Source: Dehalococcoidia bacterium (GTDB lineage: Bacteria > Chloroflexota > Dehalococcoidia > Lucifugimonadales > HRBIN23). Taken from it: DNA of 64,000 nt. How positions within the stretch are numbered: position 1 is the first letter of the stretch; each line of letters starts with the position of its first letter. The notes under the pieces are model-generated. The model worked only from the letters and a program-made list of their open reading frames with translations. It ran no database searches and was not told where the DNA came from. A program made the translations under genes and the position numbers. Of this stretch, positions 17,968-27,489 are shown piece after piece. The DNA is taken from NCBI GenBank assembly GCA_025060295.1, contig JANXCH010000001.1:32896-96895 (forward strand), in the 5' to 3' direction.

Positions 17968-20301
17968 ATGGTCATCTCCAAAATGGTCGGGGCACGCATA
18001 AAGCGTAAGGAGGACCCGCGCCTGATTACCGGCAAAGGCACCTACACCGACGATGTGCGCCTCCCGGGCACCCTCTATATGGCCGTCCTGCGCAGCCCCC
18101 ATGCCCACGCCCGCATCCGCAAGCTGGATGTGAGCAAGGCTTTGGGGCATCCGGGGGTTGTCGCGGTCCTCACAGGTGCCGAGGTGAAGCAGATGTGCGG
18201 CCCCCTCCCAGCCCAGGGGCCGCTGGAGGGGATGAAACTAGCCCTCCGCTACCCTCTGGCCGTGAACAAGGTTACGCATGTGGGGGAGGGGGTAGCCGCG
18301 GTGGTAGCGGAGAGCCGTTACTTGGCCCGGGATGCCCTGGACCTCATTGAGGTGGACTACGAGCCGCTCCCCGCCGTTGTGGACCCCGAGCAGGGCATGA
18401 AGCGCACCGCCCCTGTGATCCACGAACATTTGAAGACCAACTTGGCTTATTCCATTAAACAGTCGGTGGGGGATGTGGAGGGGGCCTTCCGGCAGGCGGC
18501 AGGGACGGTGAAGGCTCGCTGGGTGGAGCAACGCCTTATCCCCCTGGCGATGGAGTGTCGGGCTGTGGTGGCCCACTACGAGCCAGGCCCTGGTACCTTG
18601 ACCATCTGGAACACCACCCAGAACCCCCACATTCTGCGGGGGGTGCTGGCGGGGATGTTGCGTCTGGCGGAGAACCGCATCCGTGTCATCGCCCCCGATG
18701 TAGGCGGGGGGTTTGGGAGCAAGATAGACGTCTACCCCGAAGAGGCCTTAGCTGCCCTGTTCTCTCTGCGCTTGGGGCGTCCCGTCCAATGGGCTGAGGA
18801 GCGCACGGAGAACTTTGTGGCCACTATCCACGGGCGGGGGCAACTCCAAGAGGTGGAGGCGGCCTACGACGCCGAAGGCCACATCCTCGCCCTGCGGGTG
18901 CGTATCTGGGCCGACCTGGGAGCCTATTGCCAACTGTTCACCCACGCTATACCCACCCTGACCCTCACCATGCTCAACGGCACCTACCGCTTCGCCAACG
19001 CCGCATGGGAGCTCTACGGCGTGTACACCAACAAGACCCCCACCGATGCCTACCGAGGGGCAGGGCGCCCCGAGGCCACCTATCTCTTGGAGCGCACGAT
19101 GGACTTGGTGGCCCACCGTTTGGGATTGGACCCCGCCGAGGTACGCCGCCGGAACTTTATCCCTAAAGAGGTTTTTCCCTATCAGACGGCGGTGGGGACA
19201 GTGTATGACAGCGGGGATTACGAAGGGGCGCTGGATAAGGTTCTTGCCCTGGCCAACTACAAACACCTGCGTCAGGAACAGCAGGAGCGCCTCAAGCGGG
19301 GTGACCGTCAACTCCTGGGTATTGGCTTCTCCACCTTTGTAGAAATTTGTGGGTTCGCCCCCAATATGCCCGAAAACGCCACCGTGCGGGTGGAACCTAG
19401 TGGAGCCGTTACCGTGTTCACCGGCACCTCTCCCCACGGGCAAGGGGAGGAGACCACCTTCGCCCAAATCGTGGCGGAGGAGTTGGGCGTCCCCATAGAT
19501 GATATTACGGTGGTGCACGGGGATACCCTGGCCATCCCCCACGGCAACGGGACGCTGGGGAGCCGCACCCTGGCCCTGGGGGGGACAGCTGTGCTCCAGG
19601 CGGCGCGCCAGGTCAAGGAGAAGGCCCGCACCCTCGCTGCCCACCTGCTCAAAATGCCCCCCGACAAGGTCAGCGTGGCGGGGGGACACTTCTTCGTGGA
19701 GGACATCCCAGATAAGAAGATCTCCTGGAAGGAGGTAGCCGAAAAGGCCTACACCCCTCCGCCCGACCTCCCCGCCGAGTGGGAGCCGGGCTTGGTGGCC
19801 ACCTCCTACTTCAAGCCCCCCAACTTTACCTTCCCCTTCGGTGCCCATATCGCTGTCGTAGAGGTGGATCGGGAGACAGGGGATGTGCGCCTGCGGGACT
19901 ACTTCGCCGTGGACGATTGTGGGCACCGCATCAACCCGCTCCTAGTGGAGGGCCAACTGCACGGGGGTCTTGCCCAGGGCATCGCCCAAGCCCTCTATGA
20001 GGAGGTGATCTACGACGAGAACGGGCAACTGCTCACCAACAACCTCATGAACTACGCTGCCCCCAACGCGGCCATGCTTCCCTCGTTCACTCTGGAGGCT
20101 ATGGTGACCCCCACACCCACCAACCCCTTGGGAGCTAAGGGGGTAGGGGAACTGGGCACTATCGGGGCCACCCCGGCCGTAGTCAACGCCGTAGCCGATG
20201 CCCTGCGCCATATCGGGGTTGACCCGGCCCAGGTGCAAATGCCCACCACCCCCGAGCGGGTGTGGCGTCTCATCCGGCAGGCCGAGCGCCGAAGGAGGTA
20301 G
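17968..20301 (+). CDS. coxL: molybdopterin-binding large subunit, form II CoxL-like (AYRGAGR active-site loop)
   Basis: 777 aa of the xanthine dehydrogenase/aldehyde oxidase family. The active-site loop reads TPTDAYRGAGRPEA rather than the AYxCSFR of bona fide form I CO dehydrogenases. Confidence 0.9.
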   Translation: MVISKMVGARIKRKEDPRLITGKGTYTDDVRLPGTLYMAVLRSPHAHARIRKLDVSKALGHPGVVAVLTGAEVKQMCGPLPAQGPLEGMKLALRYPLAVNKVTHVGEGVAAVVAESRYLARDALDLIEVDYEPLPAVVDPEQGMKRTAPVIHEHLKTNLAYSIKQSVGDVEGAFRQAAGTVKARWVEQRLIPLAMECRAVVAHYEPGPGTLTIWNTTQNPHILRGVLAGMLRLAENRIRVIAPDVGGGFGSKIDVYPEEALAALFSLRLGRPVQWAEERTENFVATIHGRGQLQEVEAAYDAEGHILALRVRIWADLGAYCQLFTHAIPTLTLTMLNGTYRFANAAWELYGVYTNKTPTDAYRGAGRPEATYLLERTMDLVAHRLGLDPAEVRRRNFIPKEVFPYQTAVGTVYDSGDYEGALDKVLALANYKHLRQEQQERLKRGDRQLLGIGFSTFVEICGFAPNMPENATVRVEPSGAVTVFTGTSPHGQGEETTFAQIVAEELGVPIDDITVVHGDTLAIPHGNGTLGSRTLALGGTAVLQAARQVKEKARTLAAHLLKMPPDKVSVAGGHFFVEDIPDKKISWKEVAEKAYTPPPDLPAEWEPGLVATSYFKPPNFTFPFGAHIAVVEVDRETGDVRLRDYFAVDDCGHRINPLLVEGQLHGGLAQGIAQALYEEVIYDENGQLLTNNLMNYAAPNAAMLPSFTLEAMVTPTPTNPLGAKGVGELGTIGATPAVVNAVADALRHIGVDPAQVQMPTTPERVWRLIRQAERRRR

Positions 20302-20304
20302 GGT

Positions 20305-21174
20305 ATGGTGTGTGCCCCCTTCACCTATCACCGACCCGCTTCTGTGCGCCAGGCGGTCGCCTTACTGCAACGCCTGGGCGACGATGCCAAAGTGTTGGCG
20401 GGCGGACAAAGCCTCATCCCTACGATGAAACTGCGCCTGGCCCAGCCCCAGCACCTCATTGACCTGGCGGGTATCCCCAGCCTGTCCTATGTGAAGGAGG
20501 GCAGAGGGATTATCCGCATCGGGGCCCTTACCACTCACGCCGAGGTGGAGTCCTCGGAGGTGCTCAAGAGGCGCCTGCCCGTGCTCGCGGAGACGGCCAG
20601 CCTCATCGGCGATATGCAGGTGCGCAATCGGGGCACCATCGGCGGAAGCGTTGCCCACGCCGACCCCGCTGCCGATTACCCCGCGACCCTGCTGGCCTTG
20701 GATGCCCGTTTTAGGGTGGTGGGGCCGCAGGGCACCCGGTTCATCCCCGCTAGCGCTTTCTTCAAGGCACCCTTCACCACCGCCCTGGAGGCGGGGGAAA
20801 TCCTCACGGAGGTGCAGGTGCCCGTGCCTGCTCCTCGCACTGGGGCATCCTATCAGAAGTTCGCCAACAAGGCCTCGCGTTTTGCGGTGGTGGGCGTCTG
20901 CGCTTTCCTGGCTCTGACGGCGCGGGGCACCATTCGCCAGGTGCGCATCGGTGTAACGGGTGCCGCCGACCACGCTTTCCGTGCTACCGCCGCCGAGGGG
21001 TCTTTGGTGGGCCAGCGCCCTACGGGGCGCGCCTTTCAGCAGGCCGCCCGCGTGGCAACCGAAGGCGTGGAGTGTATCAGTGACGTGCACGGCTCAGCGG
21101 AGTACCGGGCGTGGTTGTGCCAAGTATTGACCCGCCGAGCCCTGGAGACTGCCCTTGCACGGGCCAGCGCCTAA
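20305..21174 (+). CDS. coxM: FAD-binding medium subunit (CoxM-like)
   Basis: FAD-binding PCMH-type domain (AGGQSLIPTMKLR, RNRGTIGGSVAHADP) and a C-terminal CO-dehydrogenase flavoprotein domain ending GSAEYR. Confidence 0.9.
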   Translation: MVCAPFTYHRPASVRQAVALLQRLGDDAKVLAGGQSLIPTMKLRLAQPQHLIDLAGIPSLSYVKEGRGIIRIGALTTHAEVESSEVLKRRLPVLAETASLIGDMQVRNRGTIGGSVAHADPAADYPATLLALDARFRVVGPQGTRFIPASAFFKAPFTTALEAGEILTEVQVPVPAPRTGASYQKFANKASRFAVVGVCAFLALTARGTIRQVRIGVTGAADHAFRATAAEGSLVGQRPTGRAFQQAARVATEGVECISDVHGSAEYRAWLCQVLTRRALETALARASA

Positions 21175-21185
21175 CCCCGAAGCCT

Positions 21186-21497
21186 ATGGCCTGGACGGAG
21201 GATGTGGCTCATCTGTTCGGAGGTGCTTTCCTGGCCAATGCTATACCCCATTTGGCGAAGGGCCTAGCGGGCGAGCGGTTCCCCACTCCCTTCGCCCGTT
21301 CCCCAGGGGTGGGGACATCCCCGCCGTGGGTGAATGCCCTGTGGGGTCTGGTCAATCTGGGAGTGGGGTACTTGCTGGCCTGTGGGATGGGGACTGTCTC
21401 TCTCGGCTTGACCCGCTGGACGATAATGGTAGGCGTGGGATTCTGGATTACGGCCTTGGGCCTGGCCCTGTGGTTCGGCCGTGTGCGCAAACGGTAA
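21186..21497 (+). CDS. small integral membrane protein (103 aa), hypothetical
   Basis: The ATG 21186 frame gives three hydrophobic segments (HLFGGAFLANAIPHL; ALWGLVNLGVGYLLACGMG; IMVGVGFWITALGLALWF). The competing overlapping frame 21155..21508 is not protein-like. Confidence 0.5.
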   Translation: MAWTEDVAHLFGGAFLANAIPHLAKGLAGERFPTPFARSPGVGTSPPWVNALWGLVNLGVGYLLACGMGTVSLGLTRWTIMVGVGFWITALGLALWFGRVRKR

Positions 21498-21518
21498 GAG
21501 CAAGGTAGGAGTGTCGGT

Positions 21519-22340
21519 ATGGTAGGGACCCTTCCCACACGCAGTCATCCCATTTATGCCGAGCGCGACCCGCGACGGGTGCGGGCCTACATTCGGCGTA
21601 AGGAATGGCGGTGGGGCACATCGGGGTTAGTGCCGGGATATACCCAGGCCAACCTGGTGCTCATCCCGAAGGCAGATGCCTTTGACTTCCTCCTGTTCTG
21701 CCTGCGCAACCCCAAGCCGTGCCCGCTTCTGGAAGTAACGGAGCCCGGCAACCCCGAGCCGGTCCTGATGGCCCCGGGGGCTGACCTGCGCACCGATGTG
21801 CCTCGCTATCGGGTCTTCCGCAACGGGAAGGTGGTGGATGAGCCCTACGACATCCGCTCCTGGTGGCGGGACGACTTGGTGGGGTTTCTGCTGGGGTGCA
21901 GTTTTACCTTTGAGCACGCTCTCCAGCAGGCGGGCGTGCCCGTGCGAGGAATAGAGGGCGACTGCCCCACCTTCACCGCTTATATCACGGGCGTCCCTTG
22001 CACCCCCGCAGGCAAGTTTCACGGGCGGATGGTGGTAACCATGCGCCCCATGACACCCGCCCACGCCATTCAAGCAGTGCAGGTAACGAGCCGTTTCCCC
22101 AAAGCCCACGGCGCCCCCGTCCACATTGGCGACCCCTCCGTTATCGGCATTCCCGACTTAGGTCGGCCCGACTTCGGCTCCCCTGTGGAGGTGCGGGCGG
22201 GGGAGGTGCCCGTGTTCTGGGCGTGTGGTATCACCCCCCAGGTGGTGGCCCTGGAGTCTGGTGTGGAGTTCATGATCACCCACTATCCCGGCCATATGTT
22301 CATTACCGACAAACGGGACGAGGAGATTGCCCTATCCTAG
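21519..22340 (+). CDS. UPF0317/DUF1445 putative hydro-lyase (D-glutamate cyclase-like)
   Basis: GYTQANLVLIPKADAFDFLLFCLRNPKPCPLLEV and the later HGAPVHIGDP and WACGITPQ match the DUF1445 family. Confidence 0.8.
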   Translation: MVGTLPTRSHPIYAERDPRRVRAYIRRKEWRWGTSGLVPGYTQANLVLIPKADAFDFLLFCLRNPKPCPLLEVTEPGNPEPVLMAPGADLRTDVPRYRVFRNGKVVDEPYDIRSWWRDDLVGFLLGCSFTFEHALQQAGVPVRGIEGDCPTFTAYITGVPCTPAGKFHGRMVVTMRPMTPAHAIQAVQVTSRFPKAHGAPVHIGDPSVIGIPDLGRPDFGSPVEVRAGEVPVFWACGITPQVVALESGVEFMITHYPGHMFITDKRDEEIALS

Positions 22341-22366
22341 TAGGGCCCCAGCCACCTGACATAAAT

Positions 22367-22396
22367 GGGGGGCACAGGCTTTGGCCCGTGCCCCCC
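22367..22396. terminator. GC-rich hairpin between convergent genes (candidate bidirectional terminator)
   Basis: GGGGGGCAC (22367..22375) pairs perfectly with GTGCCCCCC (22388..22396) around a 12-nt loop. It is flanked by ATAAAT on one side and a TTT-containing tail on the other, between the DUF1445 gene and hppA. Confidence 0.5.
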
Positions 22397-22418
22397 GTGC
22401 CTTTGTGCCCCCCGCTCC

Positions 22419-24620
22419 CTAGATGAAGATGGGAGCCATGACCAGGGTGATGGTGCTGAGCAGTTTGACCAGCACATGGAGGGACGGGCCCGCTGTGTCC
22501 TTGAAGGGGTCGCCCACTGTGTCGCCCACTACGGCGGCAGCGTGTACCGGGGTGCCCTTGCCCATTTTCTCGCCCGTGGGGTTGGTCAGGGCACCCGACT
22601 CGATCAGTTTTTTGGCGTTGTCCCAGGCGCCGCCGGCATTGTTCATATAGGTGGCCAGCAGGATGCCCCCGATGGTTCCGATCATCAGGAGGGCGGCCAC
22701 CGCCTCAGCCCGCAGGATGACCCCCACAATAATGGGCACGCCTACCGCCAACAAACCCGGAGCCACCATGCCCCGCTGGCCGGCACGGGTGGTGATGTCC
22801 ACAGCACGGGCGTAGTCGGGGCGGGCCTGACCGGTCATAATTCCCGGGTTGGTGCGGAACTGGCGACGCACCTCCTCAATCACACTGCTAGCGGCCGTCT
22901 GAACAGCGCGGATGGCCCAGGCGCTGAACAGGAACACTAGCATCGCCCCGATCAGCCCTCCCACGAACACCTCGGGCTTCGCCAGGTTAACGGCCTCCAG
23001 GGGAGCGCCCCGCACCTTGGCCACTTCATCCAGGTAGGCGCTGAACAACAGGAAGGCTGCCAGCCCCGCCGAACCCATGGCGTAGCCCTTGGTCAAGGCC
23101 TTCGTCGTGTTGCCCACGGCGTCCAGACGGTCGGTAACACTGCGCACCTTATCCCCGGCCCCTGCCATCTCCACGATGCCGTTGGCGTTATCGGTGATGG
23201 GGCCAAAGGTATCCATCGCCAGCACATAGGCGGCGGTCATGAGCATCCCCATAGTGGCCACGGCAGTGCCGAACAGTCCCCCGTGGGGAATTTCCGAGCC
23301 GTCGGGCAGGCGCAGTTGGTCGCCCATCCAATAGGCCAGTAGGATGGCGACGCCGATAGCCACGGCGGTGGAGAAGGTGGTCTCGAAGCCCACCGAGGTG
23401 CCCGCCACGATGTTGGTGGCCGGCCCTGTGCGGGACGCCTCGGCGATGGACTTGACAGGGCGGTAATAGACCTCGGTGTAGTACTGGGTGATGAACACGA
23501 AGGCCACGCTGGTGGCGATGCCCACCAGCCCCGCCAGGAACAGCCAGATGGGGTTAGCCACCGCATCGCCCATCATGCCCCAGGTGGCAATGGCCAGGAA
23601 CACCACCGACAAACCAATGGAAAGGAAGTAGCCCCGGTTCAGGGCGCGCATGGGGTTCTCGTCCTCCCTGCCCCGCACCGCCAGCACGCCGAGGGCGGTG
23701 GCGATGAGACCGAAGGCGCGAATCACCAGCGGAAATAGCACCCACACCTCGGGGCGGGGCAGGTTGGCACGGGCGGCGGCGGCATAGGCCGCAACGCCGA
23801 GGATCATCGCCCCGATGTTCTCGGCGGCGGTGGACTCAAAGAGGTCGGCACCGCGCCCGGCGCAGTCCCCCACATTGTCTCCCACCAAGTCGGCGATGAC
23901 GGCGGGGTTACGGGGGTCGTCCTCGGGAATCCCCGCCTCTACTTTCCCTACCAGGTCGGCCCCCATATCCGCCGCTTTGGTGTAGATGCCCCCGCCCAAC
24001 TGGGCGAACAGGGCCACGAAACTAGCCCCAAACCCGAAGCCCACGATGAGGAAGGGGGCAATGGGCACCTCGGCGCGATAGACGGGGTCAAAGACCAAGC
24101 GGGAGGAGCCCCCATAGGCATAAAAGATGGCCAGGATACCCAACAGGCTCAGGGCGACGATGAGGAATCCCGACACTGCTCCACCCCGCAGCGCCACGGT
24201 AACAGCCTCCCTCAGTCCGCCACGGGCGGCAGCTGCGGCGGCGCGCACATTGCTCTTCACAGAGATGTACATACCGATGAAGCCCGCCAGGCCCGAGCAG
24301 AAGGCCCCTAACAGGAACGCCACGGCGGTGCGCCAACCCAATCCCAAGGTGTCGGCCAGGTCCACACGGCGGTCGCCGGTGATGTCGGTGCGCCCCAGGA
24401 AGGCCAGGAGCAGACCCATCAGCAAAGCCACCGCCACTGATAAATAGGCGATGGTGCCATATTGACGGCGCAAAAAGGCCATAGCCCCTTCTAAGATGCG
24501 GTTGGCGATGTCCTGCATCTCGGGGGGGCCGGGGTCACGACGCAAGACATCCCGGGCGAGCCAGAAAGCGAAGAGGACGGCTGCTACGCCCGCAATGGGG
24601 ACCAGCCAGAATAAAGCCAT
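22419..24620 (-). CDS. hppA: membrane-bound proton/sodium-translocating pyrophosphatase
   Basis: Multi-TM protein with [45 protein letters not shown] and [20 protein letters not shown] 24620 lies 5 nt after AGGAGG. Confidence 0.93.
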   Translation of the reverse strand: MALFWLVPIAGVAAVLFAFWLARDVLRRDPGPPEMQDIANRILEGAMAFLRRQYGTIAYLSVAVALLMGLLLAFLGRTDITGDRRVDLADTLGLGWRTAVAFLLGAFCSGLAGFIGMYISVKSNVRAAAAAARGGLREAVTVALRGGAVSGFLIVALSLLGILAIFYAYGGSSRLVFDPVYRAEVPIAPFLIVGFGFGASFVALFAQLGGGIYTKAADMGADLVGKVEAGIPEDDPRNPAVIADLVGDNVGDCAGRGADLFESTAAENIGAMILGVAAYAAAARANLPRPEVWVLFPLVIRAFGLIATALGVLAVRGREDENPMRALNRGYFLSIGLSVVFLAIATWGMMGDAVANPIWLFLAGLVGIATSVAFVFITQYYTEVYYRPVKSIAEASRTGPATNIVAGTSVGFETTFSTAVAIGVAILLAYWMGDQLRLPDGSEIPHGGLFGTAVATMGMLMTAAYVLAMDTFGPITDNANGIVEMAGAGDKVRSVTDRLDAVGNTTKALTKGYAMGSAGLAAFLLFSAYLDEVAKVRGAPLEAVNLAKPEVFVGGLIGAMLVFLFSAWAIRAVQTAASSVIEEVRRQFRTNPGIMTGQARPDYARAVDITTRAGQRGMVAPGLLAVGVPIIVGVILRAEAVAALLMIGTIGGILLATYMNNAGGAWDNAKKLIESGALTNPTGEKMGKGTPVHAAAVVGDTVGDPFKDTAGPSLHVLVKLLSTITLVMAPIFI

Positions 24621-24756
24621 GCACGCCTCCTGAGCAGTTGTGGCTGGGCGCTTGTGGCCCGCATCACTAGCAAGATATGATAGCACACCCGCTACGGCCC
24701 CCTCCCGTGCGTGCCCGCGCCCTCCCTATTCCAATCGATGCCCCCAACCTGGCAGA

Positions 24757-24786
24757 TTGACAGAGGGTGAAGGGGTCTGGTATGGT
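24757..24786 (+). promoter_or_regulatory. putative promoter (TTGACA-18-TATGGT) for the nuo operon
   Basis: TTGACA at 24757..24762 and TATGGT at 24781..24786, 52 nt upstream of the nuoA ATG. Confidence 0.45.
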
Positions 24787-24838
24787 GAGGAGTAGCACAC
24801 ACCCCCGCAATGTCCCCCCGGGAGGGTAGGGGTGCTCG

Positions 24839-25207
24839 ATGCCCCAGGCTTATGCCATCAACTACACGGTGGTCGTCCTGGCGGCCATCGTGGGGGCCAT
24901 TGCCATTGGCATCCTGTTCCTCCTCAACGCCCTTTTAGCCCCGCGGCGTGCCTCCCCCCTGAAGGCTGATCCCTTCGAGTGTGGCATCCCCCCTGCCCCC
25001 TTCTCGTGGTCGCAAATCCATATCCGCTACTATGTGTTCGCTATCCTGTTCTTGGTTTTTGATGTGGAGGCGGTGTTCCTGTTCCCCTGGGCTGTAGTGT
25101 TCCTGCAGAGTGCGCCCTTTGTGTTCTATGAGATGCTGGTGTTCATCGCCATCCTTTTGTTCGGTCTGCTGTATGGCTGGCGTAAGGGGGCGTTGCAATG
25201 GCAATAA
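24839..25207 (+). CDS. nuoA: NADH-quinone oxidoreductase subunit A
   Basis: 122 aa with three TM segments, PFECG motif, and FLVFDVE..FLFPWA. Confidence 0.9.
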   Translation: MPQAYAINYTVVVLAAIVGAIAIGILFLLNALLAPRRASPLKADPFECGIPPAPFSWSQIHIRYYVFAILFLVFDVEAVFLFPWAVVFLQSAPFVFYEMLVFIAILLFGLLYGWRKGALQWQ

Positions 25208-25839
25208 TCGTGCGGCCCAAGCGGAGTGAGCAACCCCAGCCCAATCCGCGCCACCCCTTCCACGCCCAACCGTGGACGCCCGCCTCGGGTATAGAGCGGG
25301 CGGAGCCGGTTCCCGTTGCCAAAGGGAACCTGCACCCGCCTCCTCCGCTCCTTAAAGGTGCACCGGGGGTGGTGCTGGCCCGTTCCGAGGAACTGTTCGC
25401 TTTGGCGCGCAAGAACTCTTTGTGGCCCCTCACCTTCGGCTTGGCCTGTTGCGCCATTGAGATGATCTCCACCTATATGGCCAACCACGACTTTGACCGC
25501 TTTGGTGTGGTCACGTGGCCCTCGCCCCGCCAATCGGATGTGATGATCGTAGCAGGCACGGTGGTCAAGAAGATGGCCGAGCCGATACGGCGTCTTTACG
25601 AGCAGATGCCCGAGCCGAAGTGGGTGATTGCTATGGGCTCCTGCGCCACCAATGGAGGCCCCTACTATCGCTCCTACTCGGTGGTGATGGGGGTGGACCA
25701 CATCATCCCGGTGGATGTGTATGTGCCGGGGTGTCCACCCCGTCCCGAGGCGCTGTTGGACGGTATCCTGCGCCTGCAGGAGAAGATCACCCAGGACGCA
25801 CGCAACCGTGTCCGACGCTCGCCCGACGCCTCCGCCTAG
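25198..25839 (+). CDS. nuoB: NADH-quinone oxidoreductase subunit B (with about 45-aa Pro-rich N-terminal extension if ATG 25198 is used)
   Basis: [26 protein letters not shown] and [10 protein letters not shown] carry the N2 cluster ligands. ATG 25198 overlaps the nuoA stop; an internal GTG near 25369 would give a conventional length. Confidence 0.9.
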   Translation: MAIIVRPKRSEQPQPNPRHPFHAQPWTPASGIERAEPVPVAKGNLHPPPPLLKGAPGVVLARSEELFALARKNSLWPLTFGLACCAIEMISTYMANHDFDRFGVVTWPSPRQSDVMIVAGTVVKKMAEPIRRLYEQMPEPKWVIAMGSCATNGGPYYRSYSVVMGVDHIIPVDVYVPGCPPRPEALLDGILRLQEKITQDARNRVRRSPDASA

Positions 25840-25909
25840 CCACTCCCCTGGGGCTGGGGGTGGGCATGCCCCCAGTGCCCCCCAGCGCCTGGACGCCCGC
25901 GCCCAGGCC

Positions 25910-26353
25910 TTGCAGGCTATCCTTCCTGAAGTATTGCGCCCCTTCTCCATCGCGTTGTCTGTGGCCTTGGACGAAGTGGTGGCCCTGGTGCCCGCGGAGC
26001 AGGTTGTGGAGGTGTGCCGCTCTCTGCGGGATGACCCCCGCACCCGCATGGACTTTTTGCGCTGTCTGTCGGTGGTGGACTACGGCGACATCCTGGAGGT
26101 GGTCTACCACCTGTGGTCTATGGAGAAGCGCCACAAGATGGTGGTGAAGGTGCGGGTGCCTGCCGATAAGCCCGAGGTGCCCTCGGTTACCGGCGTGTGG
26201 AAGGGGGCCGACTGGTTTGAGCGGGAGGGGCGCGACCTCTACGGGGTGGTGTTCATCGGTCATCCGAACCTGGCTCCCCTGCTCCTGTGGGAGGGCTTCC
26301 CCGGCTTCCCCGGACGGAAGAGTTACCCTTTCTACGACTACAAGGAGTGGTGA
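25910..26353 (+). CDS. nuoC: NADH-quinone oxidoreductase subunit C
   Basis: DFLRCLSVVDY, P.VTGVWKGADWFEREGRDLYGV.F.GHPN and LL. The start is uncertain: there is no in-frame ATG after the nuoB stop, and TTG 25910 was chosen. Confidence 0.8.
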   Translation: MQAILPEVLRPFSIALSVALDEVVALVPAEQVVEVCRSLRDDPRTRMDFLRCLSVVDYGDILEVVYHLWSMEKRHKMVVKVRVPADKPEVPSVTGVWKGADWFEREGRDLYGVVFIGHPNLAPLLLWEGFPGFPGRKSYPFYDYKEW

Positions 26354-26357
26354 GGAT

Positions 26358-27476
26358 ATGGCCGAGGCCCATCCCCTTGAGGTGCGAGAACTCCTGATCA
26401 ATATGGGGCCGCAACATCCGAGCACCCACGGCGTGTTCCGCATGGTGCTGTGGGTGGATGGGGAGCGCATCGTACGGGTGGAGCCCCATATTGGTTACCT
26501 GCATCGGGGGTCGGAGAAGCTGTGCGAAGGGGAGACCTATCTGCAAATCCCCACCCTCTTCGACCGCCTGGATTACCTGTCCAACTTCAATAATGAGCTG
26601 ACCTTCTGCATGGCCGTGGAGAAATTGATGGGCCTGGAGGTGCCCGAGCGGGCGCAGTATGTGCGCATCATTCTGTGCGAACTCAATCGCATCACCAGCC
26701 ACCTGATGTTTTACGCCGCTTTCGGCTTGGATGTGGGGGCCATGACTCCCAGTATGTATGCGTTCCGGGAGCGCGAGCGCGTTCAGCAGGTCTTTGAGGC
26801 GGTATCGGGGGCACGGATGATGCACGACTACTTCCGGGTGGGCGGTCTGCGCCAACCGCCGCCCGACAACTTCCGGCAGAAGGTGCAAGATATCTTGCCC
26901 ATTGTAGAGAAGGGCATTCACGAGTGCGACACCCTGTTGAGCCGTAACGAAATCTTTCTGGCTCGCACCCGCGGCATCGGCATCATCAGCGCCCAAGAGG
27001 CCATCGCTTGGGGGATGACCGGCCCTTGCCTGCGGGCGTGTGGGATCCCTTACGATATCCGCGTGGTGGAGCCGTATTCCCTGTATGACCGCTTTGATTT
27101 TGACATCCCCGTGGGGAGCCGGGGGGATTGCTGGGACCGGTATATGGTGCGGGTGGAGGAGATGCGCCAGTCCTTGCGCATTATCCGTCAGGCCCTGCAG
27201 CAAATGCCCGACGAGGGGCCGGTGCTGGCGCAAGGGGCTCGGCGCCTCCCCCGTCCACCCAAGGGGGAGGTCTATATGCGCACCGAAAACCCCCGGGGCG
27301 AGTTCGGGGTGTATCTTGTCAGCGACGGCTCGGAGCGCCCCTACCGGGTAAAAATCCGCGCCCCATCCTTCGCCAACTTGCAAGCCTTGCCCGTTTTGAT
27401 GCGGGATTGCTATGTGGCCGATGCCGTGGTGATATTGGGGTCGTTGGATATTGTGTTAGGCGATGTGGACCGTTGA
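26358..27476 (+). CDS. nuoD: NADH-quinone oxidoreductase subunit D
   Basis: LINMGPQHPSTHGVFR, EPHIGYLHRG.EK, and the C-terminal IRAPSFANLQALP...DIVLGDVDR. Confidence 0.93.
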   Translation: MAEAHPLEVRELLINMGPQHPSTHGVFRMVLWVDGERIVRVEPHIGYLHRGSEKLCEGETYLQIPTLFDRLDYLSNFNNELTFCMAVEKLMGLEVPERAQYVRIILCELNRITSHLMFYAAFGLDVGAMTPSMYAFRERERVQQVFEAVSGARMMHDYFRVGGLRQPPPDNFRQKVQDILPIVEKGIHECDTLLSRNEIFLARTRGIGIISAQEAIAWGMTGPCLRACGIPYDIRVVEPYSLYDRFDFDIPVGSRGDCWDRYMVRVEEMRQSLRIIRQALQQMPDEGPVLAQGARRLPRPPKGEVYMRTENPRGEFGVYLVSDGSERPYRVKIRAPSFANLQALPVLMRDCYVADAVVILGSLDIVLGDVDR

Positions 27477-27489
27477 AGCGAGGGGGAGT

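Noticed and set aside
22365-22940. 191-aa plus-strand ORF overlapping the 3' end of hppA
   Set aside because: It lies antisense to a highly conserved pyrophosphatase. It starts inside the inter-gene hairpin and its composition is not protein-like.
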